Positions 1 through 9,100 of a stretch of DNA of 64,000 nucleotides are shown piece after piece. Below the pieces are notes generated by a model. The model saw nothing but the letters and a program-made list of their open reading frames with translations, searched no databases and had not been told where the DNA came from. Made by a program: the position numbers and the translations under genes. Every line of letters starts with the position of its first letter. Position 1 is the first letter of the stretch. The stretch comes from Tubulanus polymorphus (lineage: Eukaryota > Animalia > Nemertea): assembly GCF_964204645.1 (NCBI RefSeq), contig NC_134029.1, positions 21,756,950-21,820,949 on the forward strand, written 5' to 3'.

Positions 1-196
1 ACGGGGATGTCCCGGGTTCGAACCCAGTCATTACTGATACTGATTCAGAGTGGCCCTGATGCTGAATAAGGGATGTACGGGGATGTCCCGGGTTCGAACA
101 CAGTAATTACTTATACTGATTCAGAGTGGTCCTGATGCTGAATGGAGGATGTACGGGGGTGTCCCGGGTTCAAACCCAGTAATTACTGATACTGAT
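1..196. repeat. ~76-bp tandem repeat (about 2.6 copies visible, cut by the window start) with a Pol III B-box-like motif
   Basis: The unit ggatgtacggggatgtcccgggttcgaacccagtaattactgatactgattcagagtggyccTGATGCTGAAT starts at 71 and 147, with a partial copy at 1. Each copy contains GGTTCRAACMC. Confidence 0.9.
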
Positions 197-197
197 A

Positions 198-515
198 TCA
201 TAATGGTTCATCATGATGATGATGAACCATTGTTGGGTGTTGATTACTGATATATGAATGATCTACCGATGGAATTATTGAATTCACAGCTTGTTTCACT
301 AATTCTATATGTAATGATCTTTCCTCTAGTTGTTCAGTTCTATCTCTCCTGACGCCAGCAACACGGCCATCGTCAATTTGAGTTGATATTTTTTTGACGA
401 TAAATTGCTCTATATTGACATCGGGATCTGTTCCAGCCGTACAATTTGTCTTGTGATTTTCTAGTTTCTCTTCTGTTTCTCTACACTTTCCGCAGCAATA
501 AAACACGCAGTCCAT
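198..515 (-). CDS. Orphan 105-aa ORF (Cys-rich N-terminus, His-run C-terminus); may be a TE ORF fragment or non-coding
   Basis: Open ATG..TGA frame MDCVFYCCGKC...HHHHDEPL. No family recognised. Confidence 0.25.
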   Translation of the reverse strand: MDCVFYCCGKCRETEEKLENHKTNCTAGTDPDVNIEQFIVKKISTQIDDGRVAGVRRDRTEQLEERSLHIELVKQAVNSIIPSVDHSYISNQHPTMVHHHHDEPL

Positions 516-2652
516 TGCAATAAAATTGGTTCAATTCAATAAATGTGTGGATACTCCACCACCTAGGACATTCTGCTCCCTCGAACTAACTGCTCCCTCA
601 TTTCACTTCAGTCTTTTAAAACTTGTGAACAGTAAATGAATACTTATTTACATATATTATGGTTGTCTATTGTAGGTCATTGATTGTGTTCTGATGAAGA
701 TTTTCTGAGATACAACTCAGGATTTCTTTAGAATTAGAAGTTATACGTATTAAATTGAATGAGCTCAACATGCACAGAATGAATTGTTGTTGTATCATGG
801 TCAGTTTGAAAAACGGATGAAACATGAATTGAAAAGTCAATCCCGGTTTAATTGTTAGTATATGTATATTGGTTTAATTTCAGAAAGTAACGCCAATCAC
901 GAATCAAAGAGATTAACGAATCCAGCATTAATCATCATGAAATTAGATTCCAAATTACAAACGGTGAAACTCCTTGATTCTGATGCAGTGATGAGAGCTG
1001 GAATTTAGTTCAAATAGTTTAAGGAGTTTAAAGAGCTGGAATTTATGGATAACTGCACGAGCGAGTATGCAATTGGAATTGAGATATTGAATAAGATTTT
1101 GTACTAGAAGTGGACAATAAATATAGAATGGCATTAAAAAAGAGTTTGTCGTGATGGATTTTATACTCAATTTCTAGCAAAAATCATTTTTGGTCCATGA
1201 GGCGATGAAAATATTGCGAATATCCAGATGATCTGAATCACTGGTGTTACTCAAGTCTGTCCCAATTCTGTCTGTATCGAGAATATAAGTAGAGATGTTG
1301 CGGTGGATCCAAATATCTGATCTCACAAAACACTGACATGGAGTTCAAGTATTGTAAACTTTATTCAGACTTTAGTGATTTTCACATCATCATAAACACA
1401 ACAATTCACTGAATATATTTCACATACGGTTGATTAAGAAAGCAGTCCCCTTCGGCCAAGTTCCTTCAGAATGACTCTCACAGCTGAGCCCTTTTCTTAC
1501 CTACAAAATGAATAAGTATTAATTCAGTTGTCTGTATGAATTTCGAGTAAATATCAGCGGATTATTTCGATAATTACAGGAATTAATGCCTTTTCTTCGG
1601 TCTTTGAATTTCCTTTTGTTTGCTGATTACATTTATGGTTCATGATTTTTCAGTGCGATTTTTATATTACTCCTAGTTTCGCTTATTCGATGAGAGGCCA
1701 TTTTAACCCGGAAGTAACTCGATACTGACATGTTTGACATGCATCGAAAATGTAAAATGGAGGATGGGATCAACCGGTCTCTTACTGAAGGTAGAGACCG
1801 GCAACCAGTCTATCACTGCATCCTCGCTTGCCAGAGGCCGGTATCGCTCCTGAGGTTCGGGGAAGCTTCGGCATATGATGGTGGTTCGGCTGAACTGAGA
1901 ACCCCTCCTTCGCCCCGCGTGCGTAATATGGAGGCGTAATATGGAGATACGTTTTGTAAGTTTGGTTCTCTTTTATTCATCCCTGTACCAGCCTCATGTG
2001 GCTAGATGGAATTTAGATAAAGACACCTCGCGATAGGTTTTAGGATTCTTGCGTGCTAATTCTCTGTCCAGCAGTTCTAAAGTAATCTCGAGCGATATTT
2101 TAAGTCATCTCGTGTTATTTTATTTTGAAGTTATCTCACGCAGCTAAACGACAACTATATATATAAACAAGTGCTGAAAAGTGCCACTACGTTTTACTGT
2201 ACAGACCACCAGCAGAACTATGACCACTGAAACCATTAAAACGGACAGCAATGACTCCAATGAAACAAGACTTTTTAAATAAGTTAACTGAAAACTCAGT
2301 TCTCTGTTCTAATACAACGTAAGAAAGCGTGGATTCTGAAGTTATAAATTCACCCGCTATGAACCGAACTGTAACTTTCCTTTCTAACAATAGGATGCGA
2401 TTATATTCAGAACATCGTTGGGATTGACGCCTCAATTAACCTTTGTCTTTGTTTTCTTAGACATTATTTCCTCGAGCCATTTTTTCGCGAATTTATCACA
2501 ACAGATGAACTGATCTTGACTTTACCATCGACAAAGACCAAATGACAAATATTTTAAGATATATATTCGATTTTTTCGTTACTCGCTATTTTCGACAAGC
2601 ACTTAACCCTATTATCAACAGACGACCGTCTGTTTGAAGTCGTAACGTCTGT

Positions 2653-3621
2653 CTACTGGTTTAACGTGTCACCGCAACGAAACAGCGTTACAGCCTCCCG
2701 TCTAAAATCTGGAAAAATACATGCGTATATAATGAAATTACTCGCATAATTAAGATACGAAAATGAAATCGAAAAGTTATACCAGTGTGTCATTTCAGGT
2801 CTACTTCCGCCACCTACAAGTGTTAGGATTAATAGGGGAAATGTCAAAACTATATAGAAAAATGATACCAACACGAAATTAAAGTGGCAACGCCATTCTC
2901 TTTTTCTCTGCTTGCGTATCCCTATCTTAATTCTTCGTATGATCGCAATCGAAACAATCAGATTTCCACCAGAGATTGCCATCAACGGAATGACGAAGAG
3001 AAAGCTTAGTTTCAAAATAAGATAGAACCTTATCACATTTATACTCAGAAATTTCATGGTGTTCATGTCACAGTTATTTCTCTTATTTTGCGTGGCAATT
3101 ATATCAACAACGTAAAAAAGATCAATCGAAAAAATGAATACGAAACAAAACAAAATCAACAACCAACTTGTTCGGCGTTTTGTAGTGAATAAGCGCAACC
3201 TTATAATCGGCCAAATAATGGCGATACATCTTTCAGAGGCATAAAGCACGATTATCCAAGCCGAAAATAGTCTGAAAGTTATGCTTGAAAACATGATACA
3301 TTTACAAATAGCTGGATGCAAAATAAGAACGTCGAAATAGATAGTTCCCGATGTGGCGTAGAACAGGGAATACGGGAGCCAGTTCGTCAGACACGAGCAC
3401 AGCAAAGCAAGAGAATCAGCTACAGCGAGCGATATTAAATACTGGCTTAAATCTCTTGAAGTATGAGATATTCGGGGCCAGATGATCATCGAAATGATGT
3501 TGCCCAATAAACCGACCATGGATATGGGCCCGCAGACCCACGCAGATAGCATATCTAGTAGAATTTCGGTCCTAGACTTATGTTCACTCCCATCGGCTTC
3601 GGTCCAATTTCCGGTTATCAT
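2653..3621 (-). CDS. Intronless rhodopsin-family (class A) GPCR, FMRFamide/peptide-receptor-like, 322 aa
   Basis: Seven hydrophobic segments. Motifs: TM1 GLLGN, TM2 LAVAD, TM3 ERC (DRY position) followed by IAIIWP, TM5 FVIP, TM6 LTFP, TM7 LNYASNFIIY, helix-8 FRRE. N-terminal NWT sequon. Confidence 0.92.
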   Translation of the reverse strand: MITGNWTEADGSEHKSRTEILLDMLSAWVCGPISMVGLLGNIISMIIWPRISHTSRDLSQYLISLAVADSLALLCSCLTNWLPYSLFYATSGTIYFDVLILHPAICKCIMFSSITFRLFSAWIIVLYASERCIAIIWPIIRLRLFTTKRRTSWLLILFCFVFIFSIDLFYVVDIIATQNKRNNCDMNTMKFLSINVIRFYLILKLSFLFVIPLMAISGGNLIVSIAIIRRIKIGIRKQRKREWRCHFNFVLVSFFYIVLTFPLLILTLVGGGSRPEMTHWYNFSISFSYLNYASNFIIYACIFPDFRREAVTLFRCGDTLNQ

Positions 3622-6185
3622 TTCGTTGAGATGTCAATGCTAATGTTTCTACGACTTATTTCCAACCAGCTAATTAATGCAAGCCGAATATCGACGAAAA
3701 ATTCAACGCAGTGAATTATAATCATTTATAAATATTGATGAAAATATGAGTTGCTTTTACTGTATGGATTTTGATATCGATCTAGATCAGAATTTTACAT
3801 TCATACATATATGAACATCTCTATTAGCCGATATAAGGGAAAATATATAAAGATTTTTTTTCATTCGAATCAACGTAGTACGTTTTTACTGAAAAACCTT
3901 TCAATGCGCCGCTAGCGTTCGCTGAATAATACTGGGTTCGACGTTTGACTAAATGCATCTTTTCTTCCGATTACTAAACCCGGGAAAAATTGTGCAGTAG
4001 GGTGTCGTCTATGTTTGTTGAGTGGATCTCTATGGGACAAAGATTGCGGAAACGTATTTGGAAATAAGAAGAGCTACAAAAATACTTTTGGATTCTGTTG
4101 GATCTGATGGAGAAACTAATTGACATTAAATAAAATGTATTTTGAAAATGGCTCAGAATTGAGTCGAAACGTTAAACTATCTCTTAGTTTTATCATCTTC
4201 CTGCGGGTTTATCAACTTATCAAAGTTGGTATCGAATTGAAGGATTAGCCTTATGCAGATATCAATCTGCAGTGAAAAACCACTTTATCCTAAATCAGTT
4301 CATTTCTAATCGTTCTGCTTATACCGGTTCGCGTCATTGTCTATCATTTATCAGTCCGTCAACTTTCGATCGATGTATGAAATTTAATCATGAAACTAAT
4401 TTAATTAGATTTCTCATTTTACTGATGGATTGAGTAAAATAAGAAGAATATCTTCGTGTACTTCAGGATACTTGTAATAAGATGAACCATATATGAAATC
4501 GTGAATTTATCCTCGTAACTGACCTACGCGCTCTTGCGACTGGGAGCGACACGATTGTTTCAGGAATCTGGGATTGGAACTCACAATGGTAATACGATGC
4601 GTGTTGAAATAATTTTTTTCTGAAGCATTCGTAAAATTACTTATCGGAAATTTTATCTCGTCCATTCGTATTCATATTGCTTCGACCATTAAGACCAGAA
4701 GTCATGACTACTAATAGCCTATCAATAATGGAATGGAACCGGTCAGTGGGGGTAGAAATCACAGAAAAGCAAGAAGCGAGTTTTTATGCCCACTTCTACC
4801 TTGTAATCGCCAGGAATTCGAAAATTCTGCATCGCAAGGCCAACCTGCGCCCAAATTTAGATTTTTTACGATGAAGAAGAATTCAATCACTTAAGTGAGA
4901 TCAGAAATTCCAATCGTAAGATCCGAAGAAATATTATGTAACTGACAATTCGCTACTAATCAACAGATTGCTAAGATATTCAAGAGATTGCTTAGTTCGT
5001 TCACCAAAAGAATTAAAACAAAAAATTTTGTACGTACGTTCTATGATTTTTCATTTATTCATATGATCCATAACAATAACCTTTATATTGTTGTCTTGCC
5101 GCAATTGATGACTAGAAACTATACAATAACAGATTATATCCAAACTATCTCTCGCTATGCACCTCAAACTACGACTCAGACACCCAGTTCCACAGCTGTG
5201 TGATCAATTTGATTACTGACAAAATTGATTGAAATAGATTCAGAAAATTGAAAATGCAAACTATTTATGGACTTTCTAACAGTGTATGGAACTGGCTCTG
5301 CAAATCAAAGAATTCTTAACGATCTGGCAATAAGACTTTGCAGTTCATTATATTGCGATTGTCAGTCTATAATAACGTTATTTAAGACATCAAGTATTTC
5401 ATGGCACTGTATTTATAATCATAGTATCCATAGAGACAAAAGCTTACGCAGCTCGAGAAAGGTAACAATTACATAATAAACCTTATTAAACATAAGGAAG
5501 CATCATTAATAACATTTACTACTAAATTTAGTAAGCCTTAATTATTCAGTTTCTATACAATAACATCAAATATTTACATATTCCAGTTTTCTGTTGAGCT
5601 TATATATACTTTTATACACACATGTACAGAGAAAGAGATCACATGAAATTTCGTGAAATTAAACACCTCGATGTATCCTGTTCCATTTAGATTTCTTTTT
5701 CATATTGATTCTAAATTTCAGATATTAACCATACACAATAATTTAAAAGATTTATAATCTCACGTAAGTACAAATATTTTTGTTCTACTTATCCACAGTT
5801 TTCACAGTTATCAAATAGTTCCTGTGGATGATCATGGTAAATGGAATAATATTCCAATTCTAAGTTTTCCAATGAAAAATTTCTTTTTACAAAATATTTT
5901 TTTCAGTTCAGTTCGAACATGGTCTTTTTTTGTATTTCCAAACACATAAACTGAAGAGTGAGATGATGCATTACATCTGACCGGTGTACGTCTAGCCACA
6001 TTTTGGCTTAAAAAACAACATTTATCTATAGTATATATTATAACGATAATGAATATTTCACATAGAGCCTCTATATCACAGTACCCTCCGCATAAAATGG
6101 TTTTTTCGCTGTATCCCATTTTCTACTGAGAAGACTCTTCGCGCATGAAGAGGAACCACTGGCAAAGAAATGCAGCTTTGCATTA

Positions 6186-9100
6186 CTAGGAAATCTGTTG
6201 GAAGTCGCTATAAGATGGAGAATGTTTAGTGTCTTTATAACAAGCCTTACACACTGGAACTGGCCTCTGTGAATAGTGCCCTGGCAATGGTATATGTCGT
6301 GCGATACATCTTGTACAAAATACATTGCCACATCTCCAACAATGGTACTGAAATAGAGCGATCAGAATTAAAAATTAATTTTCAACAGTTCCAAGTACAT
6401 TTACCAACATTAATGTGTACAAAAGATCCGAAGAAATGTAAAGATTTGTAGAGCAGCCGTGTGGAATCAGTAAAGCGTAAAGACAGTACTTAATAGGTTA
6501 TTTACCCAACGAAGTTAAAAGCTTGTACCGGGTATCGCAAAGAAACTAGTTAACCTATAAAGTACTATCTGTCTCTAAGGTTTACTGATTCAACATAAGC
6601 GTAGCTCACCTTTACAGAACCATCAAAAATAAATTCAAAATTGACTTAAGCCACAAAAGTTCTCATTACCTTTTTACTGAAACTATCAAATGGAGACGTA
6701 CAGCTACATTGTCGAACGTTTCTGAATGACTTCCAGTTGACGGCGACGGAATTGATCTCCGACATAATCTGCTCAACGGATGTATGATCGCTGCTGTTAC
6801 TGCTGAAACTCGATATCAAACACGTCGAGTTCGAATCGTCGTTCGCCGATTTCGACATTTGCGAACCGTTCTCGTCGAATCCGGATTCGCAATCGCTCAG
6901 TCGTATCGCGTTCACATTGTCTATAATCCCGTCGATTATATTATGTCCGTTTTCTAACTTGTCATCGACGGTTTTATTGTCGACGATCGTAGCACCTTGA
7001 AAAGCACTGAGGGTATACAGCGACTCCGACGACACTAGTCCTTCTAACTTTCTTTCGATTGTTTCGTCGGATTTTCCTAACACCTTACACAATCCAGTAA
7101 TTCTCTGAAAACAGTTCAAATAACCATTAGTTCCTTGAATTGAAGCATTACGTTCTTTAATTTTTCAATTTACCAAACCGAAAAGTGACAAACCTTTTCT
7201 AATAACTTGATGTGATCTTCCATTGAACTGGAATGATCTTTCAACGCGGAGACGACATCACTCACATTCTCTCTGGGATGAACCCCGCTCTCAAAACGAT
7301 TGTACATTCCTCTCCAAAACCTGCAAAATTATATAAACATTTTCTTCGAAATCCAAGAAGAAGAATACATGTACAGAACGTGTTTCCCCAAAACTAACTT
7401 ACTTGAATGTTTGTGGACTACTGTTTGGTTTAAGTACTGAGTGTGTGATTTCGCATTCTTTCTTGTACAGAGGGTTGATATAATCTCCGAGGTTTTTAGC
7501 CATGTAACCCCATAATGAGTACGTTCTTTCAGCGAGTCTACACGAATATCACACCGTTTATGTATAAAATCACTGAGATTCGAATTTGCACCGAAAGAGT
7601 CGAAGATGTTGACTTACCTGAGATCAAGCCTGTCCTTTTCACAATTACCAATGAAGGTGCCAAATTGGCAAGAGTACACATGGTCATGTATTGTAAGTAG
7701 ATATCTGTCGTTGAATTGGAATGCACACGGAAACTGCTCTTTTAACTGCCAAACACATTCGAGGAACTGAGTAAAAACCGGTGATACTTCTTTCGGATCG
7801 ACTGTCTCCAGCAGTCCACAACGATCGGTAAATTTGTGTCCGAACGAGAGCCATTCTTTTTCGATCAATATCTGAATCGAGATGGATGATATTTTTCAAG
7901 TATGGTATGGACCCTGTAATGCTATAACGATGTTATCATGTGTTCTTTAAAGTACTCGGCATACCTGAAAGCCCTGGATAGTCCGGTAATATGGATCTAA
8001 GATAAGGCTTGAAACGGAACAAGTCTGAGCTGTTCGATCCCATCCGTCCGAACAATGAACCAATACACTTATACCTCGTTCCACAGCCTGCGAATTATAT
8101 AACATTTACATCGATGAATCTTAAAAATCTTTTTCACAAACCACTTTAAACTACTTAAACTTGTCAGTTACTCGTTAAAACACCAAACGCTTTAAGATTC
8201 AAGAAGCTTTCCAATACGCTCTCCCAATACGCTCTCCCAATACGCTCTCCCAATACGCTCTCAATACGATCTCAAGCGTATTTGACTTACATCGGCTATG
8301 AAAACCGACGTGTCCATTAGTGCCTTGATGTGTTTCAGCCAGCTACTGTTCTCTAAACCAGATAGGAATGCGCTGCTCGAGGGATTCTTTAATTCGCACA
8401 CTGAAAAGTAAGTTAGCAAAAAGAGTAATGAATCGATCTCGATGGAGGGGCAATCTCTCCGGTTAAGTAGCCGGGTAGTTTCACTGCTTACCATCGACCA
8501 CCTTTTGTAGACTACTCCTCATCACGTGTATATTCTCGATACCGAGAAACTGGAATTTTATGTCCGAATAAAAGCTTTCGTTTTCGTAGCCCTTTCCCGC
8601 CGCTTTATTAGCCATCGCGTTGATCTGATAGGAGAATAGAACATTCATCATTATTCAAACGACTAAACACGCATCGATTACCCGAAAACTACCATCGTAA
8701 ATACAAGACTTATCGATCATAATTATGATAATTGATACCATCTTACCTTCGGTCGCGTATCCACAACAAACATATATCTCGACGCTTTGTTACTTTTACG
8801 AATGGCTTGTAACATTTGTTCATCTTCTACACAGCGAGCGCTGAAACCTGCTAGAGGTTGACTACATCGACATATAGCTGCCTGTAATTACAATTACATA
8901 TTTCTCATTAAATCTTTCTCGTCAATTCATAATGTGAGGCGCTGAATGAACATGATTTTTGAAATACTTACACCATTACGACTATTCAGGTACGACAGTA
9001 CCGGCAGTCGTCCACGGCTTCGGAATCTAGAACTACCGATCAGAACTGCTGTGTTTGCCAATGCTGGAACGTACAGGTGTCTCGGGTAAGTGTCACAAAT

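Noticed and set aside
955-1317. Long minus-strand frame interrupted by a single TAG
   Set aside because: No recognisable protein similarity or start/splice context; cannot be supported as a pseudogene or readthrough.
1832-1866. Local resemblance to vertebrate RNase P RNA (gccagaggc..cctgag.ttcgggga)
   Set aside because: The conserved P4-forming CR-I and CR-V motifs were not found at the expected positions.
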